Of a stretch of DNA of 64,000 nucleotides, positions 14,615-28,450 are shown piece after piece. The stretch is from Octopus vulgaris (Eukaryota). The stretch is from NCBI GenBank assembly GCA_951406725.2, contig OX597827.1, forward strand, positions 27,528,001 through 27,592,000, given 5' to 3'. Under the pieces are notes generated by a model. The model was not told where the DNA came from, searched no databases, and was given only the letters and a program-made list of their open reading frames with translations. The position numbers were made by a program, and so were the translations under genes. Positions within the stretch are counted from its first letter, which is position 1; the number at the start of each line of letters is the position of its first letter.

Positions 14615-15590
14615 ACACACACACACACATACACACACACACAAACAAACAAATACGCAACACGCACATATAACTCACACTTATACAAAAAAGTTTAATA
14701 AAAGTTGAAGTATCTTTGCTTCACAGCTCTATTTTTAACACTGTTCTTGCCAGCGACTCGACACCGGGGAAATACTGAGTCAGTATATAGGGAAGCCTCA
14801 GGGTTTAATAAATAAAATCTATAATACACATTAATTTCCTTTCTTTGCCGCTTTTAAGATGGATCACACACGCACACACACATACACACACACGCACACA
14901 AACTCAACTCAAGAAAGAGGCTTAGTATCCATTGTCAATAAATACGAGAACTTAATACTAGACAGATTTCACTAAGTGAACACTTAGACATATGTGTAAC
15001 AAAAATTCACCATACTTCTTCGTCTTCCCAATTTGCATGTATTCTGAAAAAACCGCAGATCAAATAAAGTATCTAGTAATCTATGTTCGTGGTATTGTCT
15101 GAACGTCCGTTTTGGTATAAGTTCTTTGTTTTATAAGTGCTATTTTCTAGCTATAAGATAATACTATTTGTTTTCTTTGATGTTGTCGCTTGTAGTAATA
15201 AGCTGGCAGATTTCTAAAGCAGTATTTATATTTTTAATGCTGTTGACACCGCTGAAGCGAATGATACTTCCGAGGTGTCGAAAGCATAGTGGTATCCATT
15301 AGGCAGCTGGTGATAGGGAACACACATGTTTAAGCTTGATTATGAATTTCTTATACCTTAATCTCGTTATTCTGTGTTGTTTGTCGTTCTTTAAAAGTGG
15401 ATAGGTTTGTGGATTCATATTTGGGGAGGGGTGGATCACTTATAATGATATTGTTTGGTTTTTCTTCATGTTAGGCTTAGATAACGCTTAGATATTGGTG
15501 TCAAGTTTTGGGGGGTTCTGAGGCAAATGAAGCTACTTTTTAAAAAAATATAAGCCACGACTGAATAAGCTATAACAGCATACATGTAAT

Positions 15591-15694
<104 letters not shown>

Positions 15695-15951
15695 ATATAT
15701 ATGTATATATATATGTGTGTATGTATGTACATATATGTATATATGTATGTACATATATGCATATAGCTCAGCGAACAATAACTCTTTAGTTTATTGGCTT
15801 ATCTTTCCCCCAACTTTACTAATATTAAACGTCATTAAATATCTTTCCCCGGTGGTACAAGTAAGTTAGACATGGCCTGGACCAATCCTGACCGAAATTT
15901 ATCTAATTATCTAAGTATAAGTATATGTGTATGTGTATGTGTGTAAGCATG

Positions 15952-16060
<109 letters not shown>

Positions 16061-16238
16061 GCATTTTGTAAATGTATACATATCTATTTATGTGAGTGCA
16101 TATATGTCTGTGCTTATGTACATATGTGTATGCATAAATGCCTAAATATATTCATGTGTATATAAATAAATAAATATATATATATATATGTATATATATA
16201 TACGTATGTATATATGTGTGTGTGTATATAGTATGTAT

Positions 16239-16289
<51 letters not shown>

Positions 16290-17065
16290 CATATATACTT
16301 ACGAGTGTGTGCATGTGGGAGACGATAAGTTAGTGATTCATAGAGTCAGCATGTGACAATGTAAGAGGGGGTGGAATAAGAAGAGAGAGTGAAAGGGTGA
16401 GTTAGTGAGAGCGAGTGAGCGGCAGAGCAAGATAAAGGAAAGCTTTGTGAATCACAAGTTGGATGAAAAACCGTCTTGGTAAGGTAGTTGAGATATTCCG
16501 TCATGAACGGGTGGTTATAGAGTTGTCCACGCCATTTGATGTTCAATATTCAAATTCGAAACGATAGATGTGTTGACAGTGAATAACTAGCTAATGTTTG
16601 CTTGCATTCGACACACAAGATGAATCCACAACGCTGATTATATTCTTCTAGACCTTTTAAGATTGTAGTATATGAATGAAAACCCATCGCCATCGCCTTA
16701 CTGGTGGTTTACCAACTATGGATCTTTCTAAGACAGTGTGTATGAGTGTATGTGAGTGTGTGTGTATGTTTACGTGTGTGTAAAAGTTAAGTCAACGAAG
16801 TAAGTCTAAATGAATGATTTTCGCTGTTAAACTGTAACCCAACGCAATTCTTTGGTTTTTGTTGGAAGCCAACTGTGATCTGTAACTGTGTAAGGAGATT
16901 TCATTGTTCACTAACTTCCAATCAATAACTCCCTCTACTACTTGATTAAGCGAGAGATTTTTATTAACCGTAACGACGGCCTCAAACACTTTTCTACCAT
17001 AACCATCAACCACAAACATATTCGTGTGTGTCGTCTGCTTTTTGTTGGGCGTGCTTTATGTCGGT

Positions 17066-17070
17066 CTTCT

Positions 17071-17102
<32 letters not shown>

Positions 17103-17245
17103 TTCTTCTTCTTCTTCTTCTTCTTCTTCTTCTTCTTCTTCTTCTTCTTCTTCTTCTTCTTCTTCTTCTTCTTCTTCTTCTTCTTCTTCTTCTTCTTCTT
17201 CTTCTTCTTCTTCTTCTTCTTCTTCTTCTTCTTCTTCTTCTTCTT
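17066..17245. repeat. (TTC)n microsatellite
   Basis: Near-pure run of about 60 units. Confidence 0.97.
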
Positions 17246-18122
17246 TCGTTCGTTCGTTCGTTCCTCGTACGTTCCTTCATTTTTCTTTACCCTTTTGTTT
17301 GTCTTCAATTTATTTGTTTTTTTTTTCTTTTGCAAGTTTTCTTGGACTCTTTGCTACGTTCCTTTTCGTTCGCCTCACTCACTCACTCACACTTACGCGC
17401 GTGCACACACACACAAACACACACACACAAATTCTTACCATTCATTAAAAAAATTTCCCTCCTAATTTCTCTCTCTATCTGTCTCTCTTTCCCTCGGTCT
17501 CTCTGTTTCTCTATACTTCCAGTCGATCTCTTCCTTACTCCTCTCTTTCGAAAAGTTTTCCAGTCGGCCCTCCTTTCATTCATTCATTCATCTTGTTTCC
17601 TTCCTTCCTTCCTTCCTTTCTTTCTTTGTTTCTCTCTCACTCTTTCCTTTCGTTTTCCTTTATTTCTATGTCCTTCTTTCTTTTTGTTTTTATTCCTTGT
17701 CTCTGTTTTCACACAACGCAAAAAAAAAAAAGCCCCAACATGGTGTGTTTGCCACGACGAGGAACCATTTACCAGGCAGGGACACAATTGAGTCGAAAAA
17801 TAAAAGAGGAGTTGGCATCGTTGTCAGCCTGTCTGTCTTTCTCCCTGTCAGTCTGTCTGTCTCTCTAGGTGGATGGCTGGCTTGGCAGGATGTGCTGCTG
17901 CTGCTGCTGCCGCTGCTGCCGCTGCTGCTGCTGCTGCTACAACAACCTTTTCTTTGATTTGCATCAAAACTAGATAGAGAGATAAAGCCAGTCAGGGATG
18001 AAACGCATTTAGCGATTCACAATGCGAAATAACGCGGCTTGTTAAGGGAAAGAGTCGTCACATAAAGAAGAACAAAGCAAGTTCCGCTCCGCTCCGCACC
18101 GACTCCGGAACATAGAGAGAGA

Positions 18123-18153
<31 letters not shown>

Positions 18154-18479
18154 GAGAAAGCGAGAGAAAGAAAGAGTGAGGGATAGTGTGAGGGAGAGAT
18201 GCAGATACGTACTCAATAAGATGTGAAAATTACTATTTGTTTTTTTTTTTTTTTTACTTTCATTTGCCGGGTGGAAGCTGGGTTGATTGATGTACGACAT
18301 AAAGCGGGCAAGTGAGAAACATGGGAATAGGGGTGGATGGATGTAGTTAGAGAGACAGAGAGTTAGGGAGGTAAGTAGGTAGGTAGATAAGATAGATAGA
18401 GAAGATAGATAAATAGAAACATAGGTAGATAACCAGCTAGCTAGGTAGATAGCTGGATAGATAGACAGACAGATAGATG

Positions 18480-18523
<44 letters not shown>

Positions 18524-18720
18524 CACAGATACACAGATAAACAGATAGATAGATCGATAGATAGATAGACAGATAGATACATAGATAGATAGATTGATAG
18601 ATAGATAGACAGACAGATAGCTGGATAAAATGATAGATAGTTGGGAGATAATTATATGTATCTTCCACATTCTATCTACCTATATCTATCTATTTGTGTG
18701 TGTATATATATGTATATGTG

Positions 18721-18789
<69 letters not shown>

Positions 18790-18880
18790 CTCACACTATG
18801 TGTGCGTATGCCTATGTAGATAGGTAGATAGATAGATGGCTAGATAGACAGATAGATAGATACATACATAATACATACAT

Positions 18881-18893
<13 letters not shown>

Positions 18894-18942
<49 letters not shown>

Positions 18943-19032
18943 TGGCTGATTGAAAGATTTTGAATGCAAAATTATTCGAAAAAAGATATATTTCTATGGC
19001 GGTTATCTTTCCAGATGATAGAAAATGGCGGC

Positions 19033-19082
<50 letters not shown>

Positions 19083-19173
19083 TGGCTGATTGAAAGATTT
19101 TGAATGCAAAATTATTCGAAAAAAGATATATTTCTATGGCGGTTATCTTTCCAGATGATAGAAAATGGCGGCA
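18894..19173. repeat. 140-bp exact tandem duplication, each unit (GATA)n plus 93 bp unique
   Basis: 18941-19033 is identical to 19081-19173. Confidence 0.92.
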
Positions 19174-19662
19174 GATGGGTTTAGATTTGTATTTTGAATT
19201 CGATGATTCTTTGAAAAAAATGTAGGGGTGCTAAAAGGGGGTGGATAATGATTTCAAAGGACAGGAGAAAGGGGTGAGCGGATATTTAAGTAGTTGACAG
19301 AGAAGTCTGAAGGGACGACGGGGAGGAATTATGCCCCCTAGACTGTTGGTGCGTTAGGTACGTGGAGAGGTATATTTATCAAAGCAGCAAAATGTAATGG
19401 TTGATTGCTATATGAAGAGTTCGGGGTAGATTTCGTTACCACAGAATTCGGCTGATGGTGGGCGGGTAGCGTAGGGATGTGAGTTGCTACGCAAATGCCA
19501 AGCAAACCCTTTGCCTGGATGTCTTCCTCAATTAAAGTAAATTATGATTCACAGCAGAGTTGCAACACACATATATGGAAACTCATAAGCAACGTACATC
19601 GTATACACGTTCCTGCCACCATGGCACTCATGTATAGATATCTTACACAACAACACACACAA

Positions 19663-19757
<95 letters not shown>

Positions 19758-19891
19758 CGTATGTATGTATGTAAGTATGTATGTATGTATGTGTGCATGT
19801 ATGTATACACAAACACATACACATAATTATCCCACCCCTTTCATACATCAGAAGTATGCCGACTCTTTCCGCACACGCTGACAAATAATTA

Positions 19892-19933
<42 letters not shown>

Positions 19934-20245
19934 TATATGTATACATATATATATATATATGTATGTATACATATCTATATCTATATACACACACGTACAT
20001 ATATATACATATATACACACACCACACACACATATATTCATACATACAAACATATATATATATATATGTATTATATATGTACGTATAGGTATATAAATAT
20101 ATATACATATATGTATGTATATATACATATACATATATGTATATATATATATATATACACTCATATATGCATACATACATGCAAACATACATATATCTAT
20201 ATACATGTATGTATATACAGACATATATGCATACATACATAGTAC

Positions 20246-20312
<67 letters not shown>

Positions 20313-21101
20313 TGTATGGATGTATATGCATATACATATTCATGCATGTATATATGTATGTACACTCACATATACAAACACACACAAGCACATACAATTT
20401 TACCACACATATTACATATATGGACGTAGGTATGCGTTAATATCTTCTTGTACGAATTTCAGCCATCTTGACGAGACCATTCTGGAGCGCCATATCTTCA
20501 TAACTGGCGGAATTTCTGTATGAAAAGAGAAAAAAAGAATTTAATAAATAAATCAAAATATTATAGGACGGTTTATGTATAACGGGAACGAAAACATATA
20601 AGTTTGAGTGGTGTTTCCAAGACGCGACTTAACTTTCTGATGAATGATATAACAATTTTGACTCCCCAACCGCGACCACCACCGCAAAGACGGAAAAAAA
20701 TGTTGGGAGAAAAAATAATGAAACTGGATGGAGAAGTGTGACGAACAAAATGATTTTTTTCTTTGATTTCGTTTGAAGGAACAGAAATCTCTGGTATAGA
20801 TTAAATAATGATAATGCTGATGTTGATGATGAATATGATGACGACGATGATGATAACGATGAGGAGAAGGGGGAGGAGGGGAAGTGGTGGTGGTACTGAT
20901 GATGATGGGTGTGTGGTGATGATGTTGATGATGACGGCGATGGTGGTGATGTTGGTAGCAGTGATGATTATAATGTGATAGTGGTTGTGGTTGTGGTGGT
21001 GGTGATGATGATGATGCTGTTGATGACGATGAGGATGACGACGATGAGGATGATAATGATGGTGATATTGATGATGATGATGATTCTAATAATAATAATA
21101 A

Positions 21102-21182
<81 letters not shown>

Positions 21183-21854
21183 TTAAGATGATAAGGAAGA
21201 TGATGATGACGACGACGACGACGATGATGATGATGATGATGATGATGATGGTGGTGATGAAGAAGAAATAATCCAGGCTGGTTGGACGACGGGTTCTGAG
21301 GAAATCTAATTTATTCCAATGAGTTGATTGCGACAAAAACCGTAATTCCAACGCTACAATTACCATAAAAGCACCAAAAGACTTCAAATAATTAACAGAA
21401 CTTGCTGCATGGCAAACCAAAGTCTATTGCATGTCAACGCAAATTCCTGTCATCTTTTTAACCATTATGGTCGTGTGCGTGTGGGGGCGATGGTTTTGTG
21501 TGTGTGTGTGTGTGTGACATCTCATCATTTTTTGTGACGTATGCGTTCATTAGCTTTTATTTGAAGCTAGCCTACCTATCTATATCCTCTAGATAGCTAA
21601 TTAACACGGATTAACGCTTATACATGTGTATATATGTGTAAATGTATATAGATGTACATACTTTCATACACACAGACACACAAACATAAACATAAATATA
21701 TATATGTATATATGTACATACAAATGTATGTATATGTACACATTTATTTATATGTACTTATATATTTGTGTGTGTGTATATATATATATACGTATATGTA
21801 TACGGTTTTATAGATATATAATTACACAAATACATAGACACACACAAGTGTATA

Positions 21855-21906
<52 letters not shown>

Positions 21907-22049
21907 CATATATATATATAACTTATGTATGTGTATATATACGATATATTAAAATGCTTACATAATATATATACATATATACTTATATATATGTATATCT
22001 ATGTATGTATGTATATATATATATATATATATATGCATATATGTATATA

Positions 22050-22089
<40 letters not shown>

Positions 22090-22588
22090 TATATGTGTGT
22101 ATGTGTGCCTACGTCTGTATGTATATATATATGTATGCCCTTAAGAAATACAATAAAAAGTGTAGAAAACAACCCCTAAAATTTACAGACATTTTCAGTT
22201 AGGATGAGAATAGATAATAATAATAAACAAAATACTTCAAAAGTATACCCACCTACCCTTAATCCACCCCGTCACTAAATGTACAGAAAAAAAGAAGAAA
22301 CAAAAGAAAGCAACGCAATGAGTTGTCAAACTCGAGTGAGAACTCTCCGGTGCGCGGAGACTTTATGTGACACCCGTCAGCCTCTTAGTTTTGAAGCTGG
22401 GGAAAAAATTCCGAACATTAACAAAACAAAAAATCAGAACCACCCGAGAGAACGACATTAGCAAGGGTGAATTTATTTACAACAACGAAGACGACTACAA
22501 AAAAAAGCAACGAAATCAATAAATAACAACGATAAAACACAAGGTATACAAAATTAATAAGATTACTATATAATAATGATGATGATGA

Positions 22589-22658
<70 letters not shown>

Positions 22659-22932
22659 AATAATGATAATAATAATAATATTAATGACAACGATAATAAT
22701 AATAATGATAATAATGATAATAATAATATTATTAATGACAACGATAATAATAATAATGATAATAATGATGATAATAATAATAATAATAGTAACGATAATA
22801 ATGATAGTAATAATAATGATAATAATAATAATAATGACAATAATGGTAATTATAATAATAATAATGATAATGATAATGACAATAAAGATATTAATAATAA
22901 TAATAATGATAATAATAATAATAATAATAAAA

Positions 22933-22976
<44 letters not shown>

Positions 22977-23139
22977 AAAATTAAGTTTATTTCTCAGACT
23001 TCCACAGACGTTCCCCTTCTCTTTCCTACTGGAAAATGCGATAGAAATGCGTATCTTGGCAATTGGACAGGCAGACAGACAGACAGACATATGGATAGAT
23101 ATATAAATAGATAGATAGAGAGATAGATCGATAAGATAG

Positions 23140-23179
<40 letters not shown>

Positions 23180-23965
23180 GTATATATATATATATATATA
23201 TATGCTCGCAAAAGTAAAGAAAACGCGAGGAGGGACTACATCAGGAGGAGAGAATTACGTCAACAAACAACAATAAAACGACACCAAAACAACAATAAAA
23301 GCAACAACAAAATATATATATATATGGAAGGCAATGGATGAAATATAAATTAATAAATAACATCTACGGTATCATTTTAACTTGCACACACATACACACA
23401 CATACATTCATAATTATATGTGTGAATATATATATATATATATATATATGCATGCACACACTCAGGTGTAGATATATATGTGTGTGTGTGTGTGTTTGTG
23501 CGTGTATATAACTGTTTTGTTATCAACTATAGACGTGGTGAATATTATCTTGTGTATGGTTCGATTATCATAGGAAATTCTATGCAAGTACACACACAAT
23601 AACACACATACACATGCACACGCACACAAGCATATACACACATACGCACACACGCACATATGTGCATATACATATACACGTGTCCATGCAAATACACGGA
23701 CAGAAATTCTTGCATTTGCGCATATAGACACACACATAAATACACACACATATACACATCCACACATATGCATATGCACACATCCATACAGCGACACATG
23801 TCCATACTCCCCCCCACATACATATATGTGTATATATTCACATATAGACATATATATGAGTAAGCATATAAACGTGCACACACATTTAAAGATAGACGTA
23901 GTGACACACGTTCGTAATGATAAAAAGAAAAGGAAAAATAAGTACACACTTGCGCACTTACACAC

Positions 23966-24004
<39 letters not shown>

Positions 24005-24190
24005 CACACACACACACGCTCACACAGGCAAGAAAAACTATACACACAACATACAGCAAACGCAACTACAACAGCAATAACAGGATCAACGAAAATATAC
24101 GCTATTTGCTGAAATATTTAATATCAAACACATTATCATCACACACATACACACACAAGTACACTCAGAGACACAGAGACGGATATATAG

Positions 24191-24225
<35 letters not shown>

Positions 24226-24900
24226 CGACCATATACGCACAAACATAGAAAAAACAGTCGAATGCATACATGCACTCACGTACGTTCACGCATTCACGGG
24301 AATTACATTCGACAGCGAGACAAACATGGACGGCACCGATTACAATCACAAGAATAAATATTTTCTGTGAACTACTGAATATCAAAAGTAGTAATAACCA
24401 CGTTAACAACAACAACAACAACAGCAAATATAACGATAATCAATGATAACTGACAATGCTATGAAAATAACAATACAGGTTACAGCGACAAATAAACGTA
24501 ATATTTCGGACAATACAGATCGTCATCATGAACATCTCTCTTTTACTAACGGTCAAGCTTCGACGATATTAAAAAGGATAAACGCATAAAGTAACAAAAA
24601 TAAAATATACAAAATGAATGCAAAATAAAATAATAAAATACACGAAGTTGTATTGACATCGTAGACACACAGACACACATGTGAGTAATAAATAAAGAGC
24701 ATAAATTGAAATAATGGCTTCTAAGAGTGAGCACAAGTCCAGGACATTACATTTCCGGGTGAAGGTTAACAATGGATCACTTGGAACAAAGTCCTTCATT
24801 GCTGTATAGTGTTATTGTACCCCCTGGAGGGATGAAAGGTCGAAGATTCAGCAGGACGGTGCGGGGGTGGGTGGAGATGGTTATAATAATAATAATAATA

Positions 24901-24936
<36 letters not shown>

Positions 24937-25240
24937 GGGATGAAGATGACGACGATGGTTGTGGTGGTGGTGGTGGTGGTAGTGGCGGTGGTGATGATGA
25001 TGATAGTGTAATATTCCTTTCTGCTATATGGCCAGAGATTTTTTTTGGAGGGGAGAGGGAAAGTCGATTGCAGTGACCCTTTATGATTGACCGGTTCTAA
25101 ATTTAACAACCGCCACAAAAGATAAAAAAACAGGGGAAGTTGACCAATAACGATGACGATCTGATATTGTGGACGACGACTACGACGACGATGATGATGA
25201 GGTAATGGTGATATCGATGGTAAATGACGGAGATAGTGAT

Positions 25241-25316
<76 letters not shown>

Positions 25317-25359
25317 CATATATATATATACATGTATGTATGTATATATGTATATGTTC

Positions 25360-25431
<72 letters not shown>

Positions 25432-25463
25432 TTTTATTATTTTACTTGTTTCAGTCATTTGAT

Positions 25464-25817
25464 TGCGGTATTTCGTCTTTCTGGGTCGATAAATTAAGTA
25501 CCAGTTGCGTACTGGGGTTGTTCTAATCGACTGGCCCCCTCTCCAGAAATGTCGGGCCTTGTGCCTAGAGTAGAAAACGATATTTTTTCTCCCCAGTAAA
25601 GCGGCGAGCTGGCAGAAACGTTAGCACGTCGGGCGAAATACTTAGCGATATTTCGTCTGTCGTTATGTTCTAAGTTCAAATTCCGCCGAGGTTGACTTTG
25701 CCTTTTATCCTTTCGGGGTCGATAAATTAAGTACAAGTTGCGCACTGGAGTCGTTCTAATCGACTGGCCCCCTCCCTAAAAATGTCGGGCTTTGTGCCTA
25801 GAGTTAGAAAAGAATAT
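25464..25817 (+). mobile_element. Family B SINE (25600-25817) preceded by an internally deleted copy (25464-25580)
   Basis: Homology to 35502-35717. Confidence 0.82.
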
Positions 25818-25930
25818 TTAACGTAGACTTATGGCAATGGCGTTTTCTGCGAGCGTGTCGTTTATTGATTCGTTTGGTTCTAACAGCTTAAATAAGAATT
25901 TAGTCTTAAACACAGCAAGCATCTCTTATC

Positions 25931-26552
25931 TCTCGTTCCAGTCATAAGATGCGGCCATGCTGGAGTACCGCCTTGAAAGATTTTAGCCGCATCAATCGAA
26001 CCAAGGACATTTTTTTGTTTAAAGCTAGGTATTAATTCTATTGGTTCCCTTTCGCACAACCGCTAAGTTACGGGGAGCATAAACACAACAACACTGTTTG
26101 TAAAGCGGTCCTGCCGGTGACAGCCGCCAAGCTGCCAGCATCGGCCGCGGTCGCATCCACGTGGACGGGCGCACGAGCGCGAGCTTTGGTGCGGTGAGAA
26201 CGATCGCGAGCACGAGAGCGCGGCGGAGAGCGCATTCGGCCGAGCGGCGGTAATGACCACACGACCGCAGCCCCGTTGGACGAACTTATTAGCCGTCTTC
26301 CGCTTGTTATCCTGGCATTATGCTGGCAGCGGCAGCATCGGACGCGGGACTCCGGCGGGCGTGCAGAACAGCCACGCTTTAGGTGACTGCCGCACCCCAA
26401 GAGGGCTAGACTATTATGTAGGGTTGCCGCTGATCGGAAGAGGTGACCGTCTGGAAGGGATGTTCTCGTCGCTCCTTTCTGCCAACAGGTATCCCCACGC
26501 GACGCCGTACGTGATCGATACGCACACACACACACGCGCGCGCGCACACACG

Positions 26553-26607
<55 letters not shown>

Positions 26608-26750
26608 GCTTCTTTCAGGTTCCGTCCACCAAATTCAACTCAAAGTTCGGTCGATCCGAGGCTATAGTAGAAGACACTTGCCCAATGTGTCATGCAATGG
26701 GACTGAACCCGGAACCATGTTGTTGGGAAGCAAACTTCTTAACAGACAGT
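25931..26750 (-). mobile_element. Family A SINE interrupted by a ~410-bp GC-rich segment
   Basis: 3' part at 25931-26110, (CA)n and 5' part at 26523-26750. Confidence 0.75.
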
Positions 26751-27824
26751 CACACAATGTTTAGAGTACTGATAAACTACCACGTTCCCGATTCGAAACT
26801 GAGACCCTGCTGTTAGTAAGTGAAAACTCAATATGAAGTATGTTGTTAGCAGGAGAAATCTTCAGAAGACAAACTGTCATCAAACAGGCGTTTCAGCCTG
26901 TTGGTTCCTGACACCCTAACAAAGCTGGCACCGTGGTCATGACTCTCAGGTGTCCTCCTGCTGCTTTTCAGAAAGCTACCTTTAGTATAGATTGTACTCC
27001 GAACCATCCGGTGATCTTATTTCCCTGAACTGTGGTATATACCGCACGGCCACGAAGACCACTGCAACACTAGCACTGTTGACCTCCCTCAAACTGAGTT
27101 TCTCTTCTACAATGTTTACCGGCTAAAAACGTCCAAAACACGATGCATTTATTATATTTTCCTTAAAAAATAAAATACTTATTGAGATGAAATAGAAATG
27201 ATAGGTGAATGAAGTGCACGAGGCAAGTGGCAAAGCGGAAGTGTTAGCTGAAGCGATACGTTATACGCGATTAAGTTTTTAACTATACTGATGATGTCAT
27301 CATATAAAGCAGCCAATCAAATGCCTGGTAAAGTCGTTTAGGAAGTAGTATTGTTATATCCATTTTATGTCACTCTCATTGGTTCATAAAGCGATTTCCT
27401 CTTTTGCACAAGGACAAAGAACTCACGGACATGTTGACTGATAGGTGAGTTCAAATCTGTGTACAAATGTATGCGCGCGCGTGAGTGTACGAATGTGTGT
27501 GTGTGTGAATGTCTGCATGTGTGTGTGTGTGTGTGTGTGCACTTTACTGTAAGTGTTTGTGTGTGTTCGAGTACATTTTGTGTTTCTGTTCAGGCGTATA
27601 TCTCTGCACTTATACATGCATACAATCATATGTGTGTATATATATGTGTGTATGTGTGTGTGTATATGTATGTGTGCGTGTGTGTATATATGTATATATA
27701 TACACACACATATATAAATATGTGGGGAGTGCTCCTATGTGTATAAATATGTGTTTATATATATACGTATATATACATGTATGTGTAAATATGTATATCT
27801 ATCTAAAAACGCACACACACACAT

Positions 27825-27881
<57 letters not shown>

Positions 27882-27954
27882 ATTTTCCAATGGCTTTGAA
27901 ACTTGGAGTACCAAGGAATTTAAATCAAACTCTCTCTCTCTTTCTCTCTCTCCG

Positions 27955-27994
<40 letters not shown>

Positions 27995-28020
27995 CACATA
28001 CACAGATATATATGTATATG

Positions 28021-28237
28021 CTCTTTTACTCTTTTACTTGATTCAGTCATTTGACTGCGGCCATGCTGGAGCACCGCCTTTAATCGAGCAAATCGACCCA
28101 GGGACTTATTCTTTTGTAATTTCAGTACTTATTCTATCGGTCTCTTTTGCCGAACCGCTAAGTAATGGGGATATAAACACACCAGCATCGGTTGTCAAGC
28201 AATGCTAGGGGGACAAACACAGACACACAAACACACA

Positions 28238-28274
<37 letters not shown>

Positions 28275-28436
28275 GACGGGCTTCTTTCAGTTTCCGTCTG
28301 CCAAATCCACTCACAAGGCTTTGGTCGGCCCGAGGCTATAGTAGAAGACACTAGCCCAAGGTGCCACGCAGTGGGACTGAACCCGGAACCATGTAGTTCG
28401 TAAGCAAGCTACTTACCACACAGCCACTCCTGCGCC
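28021..28436 (-). mobile_element. Family A SINE, full length
   Basis: Reverse complement of the 33217 and 37117 copies. Confidence 0.9.
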
Positions 28437-28450
28437 ATATATATATATAT

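Noticed and set aside
15237-15287. CTGTTGA...GAAA inside an imperfect hairpin
   Set aside because: The would-be core bases are paired in a simple hairpin and there is no stem I.
16942-17791. Poly-S/L/F/K/R ORFs
   Set aside because: All frames of a (TTC)n run; no coding evidence.
17700-18320. Possible host promoter or 5' UTR (CT/GA tracts, CTG run, GC-rich patch)
   Set aside because: Suggestive composition only; no exon or ORF can be tied to it.
22580-22980. 51-bp periodicity in an AAT/GAT tract as a CRISPR-like array
   Set aside because: Low-complexity microsatellite with a local duplication; no unique spacers and a eukaryotic context.
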